Shown here piece by piece: positions 46,720 through 56,201 of a stretch of DNA of 64,000 nucleotides. The DNA is taken from positions 192,001 through 256,000 of the forward strand of contig CAVVYR010000004.1 of the NCBI GenBank assembly GCA_963752475.1, given 5' to 3'. The notes below the pieces were generated by a model. That model ran no database searches and was not told the origin of the DNA. It saw nothing but the letters and a program-made list of their open reading frames with translations. Each line of letters opens with the position of its first letter. Within the stretch, counting starts at the first letter, position 1. A program made the position numbers and the translations under genes. The stretch comes from an uncultured Chloroflexia bacterium (lineage in GTDB: Bacteria > Chloroflexota > Limnocylindria > Limnocylindrales > CSP1-4).

Positions 46720-49700
46720 TCAACCGACCTCGGGGAACTCGCGCTCGGCGGTCTTCTGGACGTCCGCGATGGCGGCGAACGAGCCACGCAGCAGCTCACG
46801 CTGCATCGCCGTCAGAGATGACAACTCCACCACGGAGGTCGGCTCACGCCCGGCGCGCACGTCCTCGAGCTGCGCCTGCAGGCGCAGGCCCATGAGGAAG
46901 TCGTAGGCATCGGTGATCTCTTCGAGGCTCCCCGCCGGCAGCAGCTGGCGATCGGCGAGCGCGATGATGCGGTCCATCGTGTGCGTGGCCACGATCCGCT
47001 GCCGCTCGGCGTAGACGCGAGCGAAAGCCACGATCGGCTGCAGCGCGTCCTTGAGATCGAACTTGCCGCTCGACTCGGAAGCCCCACCGAGGTAGATGTT
47101 CCCAGGCAGCCGCAGCGGCGGCCGGAACGAGAGCGCGTTGCGAGCCAGCAGGAACTGCACGCCCCGCTGCTCGGGCAGGGTGGCATGGACGTGCCGCCGC
47201 AACTCGCCGACCAGCGCGGCGTCACCCCGGATGAGCCGGAAGTCGAGGAAGATCGAGAGGTCGGTCAGGTCCTGCGCTTCGGCGTGCCGGAGCCAGGCGT
47301 CGTACGTCTCGATCCAGCTGGCCAGCGAGCGGCACCACTTGGCGTCGCCGGCCATGACCTGCCCGCGACACTCGGGGTAGCCCGCGGTGGCCAGCCCCTC
47401 ACCGACCCGTCGACCGAGCTCGAGGAACCACGACTGCAGCTCGTCCGCATCGGCCTCCTCGGGCAGGTCGTAGACCAACCCGGAGTCCTGGTCGCTGATG
47501 AGGTGGACCTCCCCCCTGCCCTGGCTGCCGAGTGCGAGCCAGGCGAAGGGCGCCGGCGCCGGTCCCATCGCCTCGAGCGCCAGCTCCAGGATCCGCACCG
47601 TGGCGGCATCGAAGACCGAGGTCAGCGTGCTGTTGACCGGGCGCGGCTTGGACGTCGAGCTCAGCAGGGTCGCCGCCAGCGAGACCGTGCGCTCGCACCG
47701 GCGCGCGACCTCCTCGACCGACGAAGCCCGCCCGATGTCCCGGAGTACCACCAGCGGCGCATAGCGCGGTGAGCGGATCAGCGCTTCCTTGTCGACGACG
47801 GCGGTGATGGCACCCGACGCGTCCTCCACCGCCAGATGCTTGACCCCGGCCGTCTCCATGTGCAGCAACGCCTCGTACACCGGCGCGCTCTGCGGCAAGC
47901 GGATGAGCGGTGCGGTCATGACGGTCTCGACCGGGTCGTCGACGGCCTTGCCCGCGGCCACGACGCGCGAGCGGATGTCGTGGTCGGTGACGATGCCGAT
48001 GGGTGCCCCGGAGCCGCTGGCCACGAGCGCTGCCGTGGCCCCGTGCTCGGTCATCGTGGTGGCCACGTCGCCCAGCCGCTCCTCCATGGGCACGACGATG
48101 GGCTCCACGCCCAGGGCCTCGATCGATTCGTGCAGGAAGAGCAACGAGGCCCGCAGCTGCTGGACCTCACGATCGGCCGCGCCGCCACGAGCGGCGGTCA
48201 CGTCAACCAGCAGGCCATCGATCCAGGCCGGCTCGTCCTCTTCATCGCGGATGAGCACGCCCGACAGCAGCACCGACCGCGGGCCTGACGGTGTGTCGAT
48301 GGCCAGGAACTGGTCGCGCACCTCACCCGTATCGAGCAACCGTCGGTAGGCACGCGCGTACTCGTCGGAGCTGGCGAAGCAATCGGCCAGGGCCAGCTGC
48401 CCCCCCTCCTCCACGGCCACCAGCGCGAGCAGCTCCCGCGCGGCCGGACTCAAGTCCACGAACACACCGCGTCTCGCGGCCACCGCCCGGAAGACCCCGA
48501 CCGATGAGCCGATGGCAGAGGCGTCCGAGCGGGCCGTCGCCGCCGCCGTCACGTCGCGGGCCAGCAGGATGTGGCCGGTCTGATCGCCGAACTCGACGGG
48601 CTCCAGCGTCAGCACGCACTCCACCGTCGAACCGTCCGAACGCGTCAGCAGGCCCTCGCGTGCGACGCCCAGCACGGCCGACTCGTGATCACCGTCATCG
48701 AGCAGCTCCCAGAGGGCCTCGTTGCCCTCGCGCGGCAGCACATCGACCGGCTCCAGGAAGTCCAGTTGTCGCGATCCGTATCCGAGCAGCTCGAGGAACG
48801 TGGGGTTGGCATATCGCAGGCGCCCATCGACCACGAGCAATGTGCCCTCCGACGTGGCCTCGACGAGAGCGTGATAGCGCGCGTTCGAGTCTCGCAGCCG
48901 CTCCACGCCCTCCTCGCGCCGACGCTCGATACGCAGCGACTGCTGCAGCACGAAGGCCAGCAGCAGGGCGATGACACCGCTGATGGCGAGGGCGGCCAGG
49001 AGCAGGTTCCGCTCGATGCGCTCGATCTCGGCCTGCACGTCATCGACGTACATGCCCGTGCCGATGACCCAATCCCAAGGCTCGAAGCCCTTGACGTACG
49101 ACTCCTTCGGCTCCAGCCGCTGGACATCGTCGAAGCGCTGGAAGACGTAGCCGACGTAGCCCTCGTCCTGCTCGTCGACGAGCTCCGCGAACTGGACGAA
49201 GATGGGCTCGCCGCGCGGGTCGGTGTAGTCGGAGATGTCCTCGCCCTCGAGGTCCGGCCGATACGGGTGCATGACCATCGTGGGCTCGGCATCCTGGATC
49301 CAGAAGTAGTCGAGCCGGTCCTCCCCGTAACGCAGCTCCGAGACCACGCCGGCGGCCGCCGCCTGCGCCTCCTCGCGGGTGAGGGTGCCGGCCCGTTCGT
49401 CGGCCTCATAGGCGGCGAGCACGCTCCAGGCCGAGTTCGTGAGCTCGCGGATCATCTCCCGCTTGCGCTCGACGAGCGACTCCTCGAACGAGGGCAGGAT
49501 CAGGCCCCAGAAGGCGATGAGGAAGAGCGCCAGCGCGGCCACCGCCGGGAGCACCACGCGCAGGACGAAGGGGCGACGACTGAGGCCTCCGGGGCTCCCC
49601 GGGGGCTCGGCCGAGGCAGGAGCGGCGGGGTCCCCGTCGCCCGGCGAGACCTTCGACGCCAGGCCCGGCCCATCGAGCACGGCCGCGCGGAATCGGACCC

Positions 49701-50394
49701 AGTCCTCGTGGGGCATCTCGATCCCCAGGGCCTCGCTACCGAGCCCGCGAACGGCGTGGTAGTCGGTGCCGCCGCTGACGAGGAGGTCGTGTCTGGCCGC
49801 CAGCGTACGGAGGGCCTCACGCTCCCCGGGCTCGAACTCTTCGTAGACCGCCTCGATACCGTCGAGCCCCTTGGCGCGCAGCTCGAGCACGAAGCGCTCA
49901 AGGTCGGCGATATCGCGTTCGTAGACGAGTGGGTGGGCCAGGAAGACCTTGCCGCCGGCACGGTGCAACAGGTCGATGGCGTCGCCGATCTCGAGACGAC
50001 CGTCAGGAGCGGCGCTGCCGTTCTCGTGGTGGTCGCCGCGGGTGCCCGCCGCCCGGATGGAGCCCTCGATGGACTGGGTGTCGGTCGAGCGATGAGCGCG
50101 GATCGAGGCCAGCGTCGCGGTGAGGTCGGGGTACTCGGGATCGAAGCCGTAGGCCACGAGGTGGATGACCCGCCCATCGTGCTGCGTCGTCAGCTCGATG
50201 CCCGGGAGGGAGGCCACACCTCGCGCGTCGAGCGCGTCACGGAACTCGGGCCAGCCAGCGATCGTGTCGTGGTCGCAGAGCGCCGCGAAGCGCACGCCGG
50301 CTTCGGCCAATCGCTTGGCCAGGGCAGCCGGTGCTAGCGCGCCATCGGAGTGGAGCGTGTGCGCGTGCAGGTTGAGGAAGACGCCGTCAGCCAT
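46720..50394 (-). CDS. PHP phosphoesterase - TM - Cache - TM - PAS - CBS pair - DUF294 nucleotidyltransferase - DUF294_C fusion protein
   Basis: PHP: NLHAHTLHSDG, LCDHDT, GIELT, FLAHP, LDGIE, GGTDYH. Cache: LRYG..DYFWI...MVMHP..P.LEG, KESYVKGFEPWDWVIGTGMY. PAS: YANPTFLELLGY. CBS: GIVTDHDI, VMTAP. NTase: WLALGSQGRGE...SDQDSGL, GYPECRGQVMA, IFLDFR; FDLK..LQPIV.FAR. Confidence 0.9.
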   Translation of the reverse strand: MADGVFLNLHAHTLHSDGALAPAALAKRLAEAGVRFAALCDHDTIAGWPEFRDALDARGVASLPGIELTTQHDGRVIHLVAYGFDPEYPDLTATLASIRAHRSTDTQSIEGSIRAAGTRGDHHENGSAAPDGRLEIGDAIDLLHRAGGKVFLAHPLVYERDIADLERFVLELRAKGLDGIEAVYEEFEPGEREALRTLAARHDLLVSGGTDYHAVRGLGSEALGIEMPHEDWVRFRAAVLDGPGLASKVSPGDGDPAAPASAEPPGSPGGLSRRPFVLRVVLPAVAALALFLIAFWGLILPSFEESLVERKREMIRELTNSAWSVLAAYEADERAGTLTREEAQAAAAGVVSELRYGEDRLDYFWIQDAEPTMVMHPYRPDLEGEDISDYTDPRGEPIFVQFAELVDEQDEGYVGYVFQRFDDVQRLEPKESYVKGFEPWDWVIGTGMYVDDVQAEIERIERNLLLAALAISGVIALLLAFVLQQSLRIERRREEGVERLRDSNARYHALVEATSEGTLLVVDGRLRYANPTFLELLGYGSRQLDFLEPVDVLPREGNEALWELLDDGDHESAVLGVAREGLLTRSDGSTVECVLTLEPVEFGDQTGHILLARDVTAAATARSDASAIGSSVGVFRAVAARRGVFVDLSPAARELLALVAVEEGGQLALADCFASSDEYARAYRRLLDTGEVRDQFLAIDTPSGPRSVLLSGVLIRDEEDEPAWIDGLLVDVTAARGGAADREVQQLRASLLFLHESIEALGVEPIVVPMEERLGDVATTMTEHGATAALVASGSGAPIGIVTDHDIRSRVVAAGKAVDDPVETVMTAPLIRLPQSAPVYEALLHMETAGVKHLAVEDASGAITAVVDKEALIRSPRYAPLVVLRDIGRASSVEEVARRCERTVSLAATLLSSTSKPRPVNSTLTSVFDAATVRILELALEAMGPAPAPFAWLALGSQGRGEVHLISDQDSGLVYDLPEEADADELQSWFLELGRRVGEGLATAGYPECRGQVMAGDAKWCRSLASWIETYDAWLRHAEAQDLTDLSIFLDFRLIRGDAALVGELRRHVHATLPEQRGVQFLLARNALSFRPPLRLPGNIYLGGASESSGKFDLKDALQPIVAFARVYAERQRIVATHTMDRIIALADRQLLPAGSLEEITDAYDFLMGLRLQAQLEDVRAGREPTSVVELSSLTAMQRELLRGSFAAIADVQKTAEREFPEVG

Positions 50395-50469
50395 GGTCCC
50401 GAGGATGAGGCTCAGGTGCGCTGCAGCCTGGGGCTAGGTCCACTCGGCCCCAACGCACGGGACCGAGTA

Positions 50470-52203
50470 TCAGCGCACACGCACGCGGATGGGCTCGCTG
50501 TCGGCCGGCCAGCGGTCGGTCGTACCGGGATAGCTCACCACGATGTCGTATCGGCCGGGCCCCAGCTCTCGCAGGGAAGCGGCGAAGCGCCCGTCCGCGT
50601 CGGTCGTCACCGTGCGCAGTGACACCGGACGCGTCGCGAACCAGATGTTCTCGCGCTGCGTCTCCTGACCGCTTTGGTCGAAGAAGATGAGTGAGACGTA
50701 GCCCGAACCAAGTGCCTTCGCCGGCACGTCGAGCGTGGCTGCGAACTCGAACCTGGCGCCCGACCGGACCTTGAAGCGCGCGCCGTCGACCATGAGGGTC
50801 TCATGAGGTTTGGCCTTGATGCGCATCGCGGGCCCGTCCTCGTTGGTCACGGCACTGGCCACCCCACTGCCGTAGGACCCCCAGCTGTCGAGGCCGCGCG
50901 AGAAGCGCGCGTTGGGCACCCTGTTCTTGCCCGTGCCCTCCTTGTAGCTGACCTCGGAGATGCGCACATCGACCGGTGATGGCGTTCCGCCCTCGGTGTT
51001 GGCTCGGACCGCGATGAGCGCCTTCCTCGCCGCTTCGGGCACGACACCGCTGAAGCGATGGCGCTGCCTGGCCCTGCCGATGGGCTCAGCCGTCAGGGTG
51101 AGGCGTTCACCGGCCACCGGCAGGTCGGCGGTGGTCGCCATCCGGCCCTCGATGCGCATGGCCTGGATGGCCCGGGCCTTGAGCGCGGTCCGCTCGCCGA
51201 AGTACTGCTTCACGCGTCCGCTCGAGGTGTTCAGGTCGTCGTCCGGGAGGGTCCGGTCGGGCTGGCTGTGCCACGACCACAGGCCGGCCATCTGCGGCGT
51301 CCCGCCATGCACCTGCTCGTACCTCACCGCGTGTGCCATCTGCTGTTCGAGCCACGTGTCGTTCTGCCGCGAGTCCTCGCTGCCCAGGTAGAGCATGCCG
51401 AAGGGGACCCCACGTGCATCGGCGAGGGCTTCGATCGCCATCACGCGCTCCGGCCAGTCCTCGATGCGCCAGTCGACATCGATGTTGAGGAACGCGAGGG
51501 GCTCTCCCGTTCGCGCCTCCCATGTGTCCAGCCAGGTGGCGAAGTCACGCTCGGAGAGGTAGAGATGGCTGACGACCGGCTCGATCGACCCGACCGCGAT
51601 GCCCGGGAAGTACCGCCGCACCTCCCCGACCCAGGCCCAGACCTCATCGACCACCTCCTCTACGGTGTACCCGCAGGCACGGAGGCCAGCGTAGACGTGC
51701 CCGTTGGCGAAGGGCTGGTCGAGGGTGAGGTAGTCGAGCCGCCCACCCAGCCGGTGGATGCGCTCGATCTCGATGAGGTCGTACGGCCCCTCCATCGACT
51801 CCCGGTGGTCGCACACATCAGCGCCCTTCCAGGTCAATGGCTCCACCTCCAGCCCGAGCGGCAACTCGTGCTCGTCCAGCCAGGCGAACAGCTCGCGCAG
51901 CTGCTCGTCGGTCGCGCTGTAGCGGAACATCCAGGCGTGCATATGGAAGGCGTCGATCTGCTGAGCGACCTCCCGCCAGGGCGCATCGTCCGCCCACAGG
52001 TCCCAGTAGTCGTCCGCGCCATCTGGCAACGGGTAGTGGGAGATCTCGTCCGGCAGCGGTGGGACCGGCTGATATGAGACGAACGGCGCGTCCGAGAAGT
52101 CGAGCGCTTCATCCTCCTCCACCTGCGCCACGGCCGGCACCGCGACCGATGAACCGAGCAGGACCGTGGCGACCAGCGCCATGAGCGACCGCGTCTTGAC
52201 CAT
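50470..52203 (-). CDS. Secreted hypothetical protein: TIM-barrel/glycosidase-like N-domain, carbohydrate-binding-like and Ig-like C-domains
   Basis: AAGGAG RBS and signal peptide; LDQPF, VGSIEP, FLNIDVDW, WSWHSQP; NRVPNARFSRGLDSW; TVTTDADGRF...PGRYDIVVSYPG. Confidence 0.7.
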   Translation of the reverse strand: MVKTRSLMALVATVLLGSSVAVPAVAQVEEDEALDFSDAPFVSYQPVPPLPDEISHYPLPDGADDYWDLWADDAPWREVAQQIDAFHMHAWMFRYSATDEQLRELFAWLDEHELPLGLEVEPLTWKGADVCDHRESMEGPYDLIEIERIHRLGGRLDYLTLDQPFANGHVYAGLRACGYTVEEVVDEVWAWVGEVRRYFPGIAVGSIEPVVSHLYLSERDFATWLDTWEARTGEPLAFLNIDVDWRIEDWPERVMAIEALADARGVPFGMLYLGSEDSRQNDTWLEQQMAHAVRYEQVHGGTPQMAGLWSWHSQPDRTLPDDDLNTSSGRVKQYFGERTALKARAIQAMRIEGRMATTADLPVAGERLTLTAEPIGRARQRHRFSGVVPEAARKALIAVRANTEGGTPSPVDVRISEVSYKEGTGKNRVPNARFSRGLDSWGSYGSGVASAVTNEDGPAMRIKAKPHETLMVDGARFKVRSGARFEFAATLDVPAKALGSGYVSLIFFDQSGQETQRENIWFATRPVSLRTVTTDADGRFAASLRELGPGRYDIVVSYPGTTDRWPADSEPIRVRVR

Positions 52204-52295
52204 CGCGCTCTCCTTCGTGCCACGGCCGGGGCGACCGAGGAGCGCCAAACACTAGCGAGCAGGTGCCAGAACGACAACCGGGCGGCCGACCGTCG

Positions 52296-52334
52296 CCGAC
52301 AGCGGACTGAAAGCACCGACAGCGGACTGAAAGC
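52296..52334. repeat. Perfect 19-bp direct repeat CCGACAGCGGACTGAAAGC x2 in a divergent promoter region
   Basis: Copies at 52296-52314 and 52316-52334. Confidence 0.85.
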
Positions 52335-52506
52335 GCTCCCAACCGCACCGATGGACCGGAGTGGGCCAGACCGGCCCATCCGGTTCGGGGCCACATGGCC
52401 CTATCAGCGCCCGTCGGCGCAGGCGTTAGGTGGAGTCATCACCGCGCGACACGCAGGCGGCTCGCCGGCCGTCCGTGACGCGGGGTTGATTCGTGAGGGA
52501 GCACGA

Positions 52507-53040
52507 ATGACTACCGTGACGGAGACCACGGACGGGGGGATGGTGGACCAGGATTCCCTCGATCGCATCATCGCTTCACAGGCTGGTCGACCGGGTGCCC
52601 TGCTGGGCATCCTGCAACGGCTCCAGGAACAGAGCCAGAACAAGTACCTGCCGATGGGCACGCTCGAGTACGTGGCCAAGCGCACCGGCATCCCCCAGTC
52701 GCAGGTCTTCTCCGTCGCGTCCTTCTACTCCCTCTTCAACCTCGAACCGCAGGGCGACCACATCGTGGCCATCTGCCGCGGCACGGCCTGCCACACCCGC
52801 GGCTCGCGCCCGCTGCTGCAGCGTGTGAAGCTGCAGCTGGGCCTGCGTGACGCCGGCATCGACGCCGACAAGGTCAGCCTGACCACGCCGGACCTCGGCT
52901 TCACCGTGCGCACGGTGGCTTGCTTCGGACAGTGCGCGCTGGCGCCGGTGGTCGAAGTCGACCACGCCATCCGCGGACACGTCACCGAACAGGCCCTCAT
53001 CCGCGAGGTCGAGACACTCCGAAAGCGAGGCGGCCGATGA
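52507..53040 (+). CDS. hoxE: NuoE/HoxE-like [2Fe-2S] subunit
   Basis: VASFYSLF, ICRGTACH, VACFGQCALAPVV. Confidence 0.9.
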   Translation: MTTVTETTDGGMVDQDSLDRIIASQAGRPGALLGILQRLQEQSQNKYLPMGTLEYVAKRTGIPQSQVFSVASFYSLFNLEPQGDHIVAICRGTACHTRGSRPLLQRVKLQLGLRDAGIDADKVSLTTPDLGFTVRTVACFGQCALAPVVEVDHAIRGHVTEQALIREVETLRKRGGR

Positions 53041-56000
53041 GGATCGCCGATCTCGCCGAGTTCAACGCCGTCCGCGAAACCGGCCTGGCCAAGCTCACGC
53101 CCGATCGTCCGCGCATCGCGGTGGGCATGGGCACCTGCGGGAGCGGGAACGGCGCCGAAGGCGTTCACACCGCCTTCAAGTCGGCCATCGAGGCCCGGGG
53201 CCTGGATATCTCGCTCGCGCCCGTCGGCTGCTTCGGCTTCTGCGCCGAGGAACCCATCGTCAACGTCTGGGTGCCCGGCCAGCCGCTGCTCATGCTGAGG
53301 CGCGTCCAGCCCGAGCACGTCGACCACATCCTGGAGGCCGTCGAGCGCGGCGTGCTCCCGACCGCCGAGCTCATCCTGTGCAAGATCGAGGAGTGGGACC
53401 ATCTCACCGGGCACGTGCGCTACGGCACCGGCTACGAAGACATCCCGTCCTGGGACGAGATCCCCTTCTTCGAGGGCCAGCTGAAGATCGCCCTGCGCAA
53501 CTGCGGCCTCATCAGCCCTGACGACATCGAGGAGTACATCGCGGTCGGCGGCTACCAGGCGCTGTACAAGGTATTGATCGATGACAACCCCGCGGGCGTC
53601 GTGGAGTCGATCAAGGCAGCCAAGCTGCGCGGTCGCGGCGGCGCCGGCTTCCTGACCGGTATCAAGTGGGAGTTCCTGGCCAAGGCCCCGGGCCCGGAGA
53701 AGTACCTCATCTGCAACGCGGACGAGGGCGATCCCGGCGCCTACATGAACCGCAACGAGATCGAGTCGGACCCGCACGCGCTGATCGAGGGCATGGTCAT
53801 CGCGGGCTACGCCACCGGTGCCAGCAACGGCATCATCTATGTCCGCGCCGAGTACCCCATCGCGGTCATGCGCCTGGAGCGCGCAGTGGCTCAGGCTCGG
53901 GCCTACGGCATCGTGGGCACGGACGTCATGGGTCGTGGCTTCGACTTCGACATCCAGATCGTCGAGGGTGCGGGAGCCTTCGTCTGCGGCGAGGAGACCG
54001 CGCTCATCGCCTCGCTCGAGGGCAAGGCCGGCCGGCCTCGGCCGCGTCCGCCGTTCCCGGCCCAGAAGGGCCTCTACGGCAAGCCCACCAACATCAACAA
54101 CGTCGAGACCTGGTACAACGTCGCGCCCATCGTAGCCAAGGGAGCTGCCTGGTTCAGCGACACCGGCTCGGCCAAGAGTGCCGGCACCAAGGTCTTCTCG
54201 CTGGTCGGCAAGGTCAGGAACACGGGCCTCGTCGAGATGCCCCTGGGGACCCCGCTATCCAAGTTCATCTACGACGTCGGCGGCGGCGCCCCGGGTGGAC
54301 GCGAGATCAAGGCCGTGCAGACGGGCGGACCGTCCGGTGGCTGCATCCCGATCGACCTCTTCGACACCCCGGTCGACTACGAGACGCTGGCCCAGCTGGG
54401 CTCGATCATGGGCTCGGGCGGCATGGTCGTGCTGGACGAAGACAACTGCATGGTCGACGTCGCCCGCTACTTCGTGGAGTTCACCCACTCCGAGTCGTGC
54501 GGCAAGTGCGTGCCCTGTCGCGTAGGCCTCGACAAGGCCCTGGCTATGCTCGACGGTTTCACCCACGGCACGGCCACGCTCGAGGACCTCGACGCCCTCG
54601 ACGAGCTCTGTCGCATGACTCGCGACATGAGCCTCTGCGCCCTTGGCGGGAGCGCACCAAACCCGGTGCTCACGAGCCTGCGGCACTTCCGCCACGAGTT
54701 CGAGGACCACGTCCTCGCGAAGCGCTGTCGTGCCGGTGTCTGCGAGGACCTCGCACTCAGCCCGTGCGAGAACTCGTGCCCGCTGCACATGAACATCCCG
54801 CGCTTCCTGCAGTTGTACAAGGAGGATCGACTCGAGGAGGCCTTCCTGTCCGTGGTGCTGGACAACCCGCTGCCGGCCTCGACCGGTCGCGTCTGCCAGC
54901 ATCCTTGTGACGATCGCTGCCGGCGCGAGGCCATCGACGAAGCCGTGAACATGCGCGAGGTCCATCGCGCCATCGCCGACCAGGTCTACCTGACCGACCG
55001 CTTCGAGCCCCTCGTGGCCCGAGTGCTCGAACAGAAGATGCCGGCCAGCGGCAAGCACGTCGCGGTCGTCGGCGCCGGCCCGACCGGCCTCACCTTCGCC
55101 TACTACATGGCCCTGCGCGGCCACGAGGTCACCTGCTTCGACTCTCGGCCGGCCGCCGGCGGCATGCTCCGCTACGCCCTGCCCGAGTACCGCCTGCCAC
55201 AGGCTGTGCTGGACAAGGAGATCGAGCTCATCGAGCGCACCGGTGTCACGTTCCGCTTCGGCGTCGAGGTCGGAAAGGACGTCAGCCTCAACGAGGTCGA
55301 CGAGGAGTTCGACGCCGTGTTCCTTTCGATCGGCACCTGGAAGGAAGCCTGGGTCCACCTCGCCGGAACCGAGTTGACCGGCGTCGTCCCGGCACTCCCC
55401 TTCCTCGAGTCCATGGCCCGCGAGGAGGATGTTCCGGTGGGCCGCAACGTCGTGGTCATCGGTGGCGGCAACGCGGCCGTCGACTCGGCCCGGTCCGCCC
55501 GCCGCCTGGGCGCTGACGTGACCATCGTCTATCGCCGCGAGCGCAAGGACATGCCGGCCATCGAGGAAGAGGTCGTGGCGGCTGAGCACGAGGGCGCGAA
55601 GATCGCCTATCTGCAGGCGCCCAACCGCATCATCGGCAACGCCGAGGGGAAGGTCCGGGCCATCGAGGTCGAGCGCACGCGCCCCGGTGAGTTCGACGAG
55701 TCTGGCCGACGCCGACCGGTCCCGACCGGCGAGATCATGCGCATCGAGTGCGACACCGTGATCCTCGCGGTCGGCGAGCGTGTCGACCCCGACTTCGCCG
55801 ATGCCTCCGGGCTGCGGCTCAACGACGACGAGGAGACCCTCGAGGTCGACCGCTACTCGCTCGAGACCAGCCGTGACCGCTTCTACGCCGGTGGCGACCT
55901 CATCACCGGCGCTTCGAACGTCTCGAACGCCATGGGCATCGGCAAGAAGGCCGCGCGCAACATCGACCGGCGCCTGATGGACCGGCTCACGCCCAGCGTG

Positions 56001-56192
56001 CTGCCCGAGTTCATCTACCAGATGGAGCCACCCGATCCACCCGCGGAGGGCGGCCGCAACACCCCTGCCGAGCTCCCGGCCGACGAGCGGGTCCGCTCGT
56101 ACGCCGAGGTCTCGACCGGGTTCACACCCCAGGTCGCGCTCGACGAGGCGCACCGCTGCCTGCGCTGCGACATCCGCAGTGTCGAGTCCTAG
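53037..56192 (+). CDS. hoxF: NuoF/HoxF diaphorase subunit fused to a GltD/NfnB-like FAD-NAD(P)H oxidoreductase
   Basis: N-terminal thioredoxin-like FeS (GTCG..GCFGFC); LRGRGGAGF, NADEGDPGAYMNR, GAGAFVCGEETAL, GGPSGG, ESCGKCVPCR; then PCENSCP, GRVCQHPC..RC, VVGAGPTG, VIGGGNAA, YRR, AGGD, EAHRCLRC. Confidence 0.92.
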   Translation: MRIADLAEFNAVRETGLAKLTPDRPRIAVGMGTCGSGNGAEGVHTAFKSAIEARGLDISLAPVGCFGFCAEEPIVNVWVPGQPLLMLRRVQPEHVDHILEAVERGVLPTAELILCKIEEWDHLTGHVRYGTGYEDIPSWDEIPFFEGQLKIALRNCGLISPDDIEEYIAVGGYQALYKVLIDDNPAGVVESIKAAKLRGRGGAGFLTGIKWEFLAKAPGPEKYLICNADEGDPGAYMNRNEIESDPHALIEGMVIAGYATGASNGIIYVRAEYPIAVMRLERAVAQARAYGIVGTDVMGRGFDFDIQIVEGAGAFVCGEETALIASLEGKAGRPRPRPPFPAQKGLYGKPTNINNVETWYNVAPIVAKGAAWFSDTGSAKSAGTKVFSLVGKVRNTGLVEMPLGTPLSKFIYDVGGGAPGGREIKAVQTGGPSGGCIPIDLFDTPVDYETLAQLGSIMGSGGMVVLDEDNCMVDVARYFVEFTHSESCGKCVPCRVGLDKALAMLDGFTHGTATLEDLDALDELCRMTRDMSLCALGGSAPNPVLTSLRHFRHEFEDHVLAKRCRAGVCEDLALSPCENSCPLHMNIPRFLQLYKEDRLEEAFLSVVLDNPLPASTGRVCQHPCDDRCRREAIDEAVNMREVHRAIADQVYLTDRFEPLVARVLEQKMPASGKHVAVVGAGPTGLTFAYYMALRGHEVTCFDSRPAAGGMLRYALPEYRLPQAVLDKEIELIERTGVTFRFGVEVGKDVSLNEVDEEFDAVFLSIGTWKEAWVHLAGTELTGVVPALPFLESMAREEDVPVGRNVVVIGGGNAAVDSARSARRLGADVTIVYRRERKDMPAIEEEVVAAEHEGAKIAYLQAPNRIIGNAEGKVRAIEVERTRPGEFDESGRRRPVPTGEIMRIECDTVILAVGERVDPDFADASGLRLNDDEETLEVDRYSLETSRDRFYAGGDLITGASNVSNAMGIGKKAARNIDRRLMDRLTPSVLPEFIYQMEPPDPPAEGGRNTPAELPADERVRSYAEVSTGFTPQVALDEAHRCLRCDIRSVES

Positions 56193-56201
56193 GAGGCCGT
56201 C

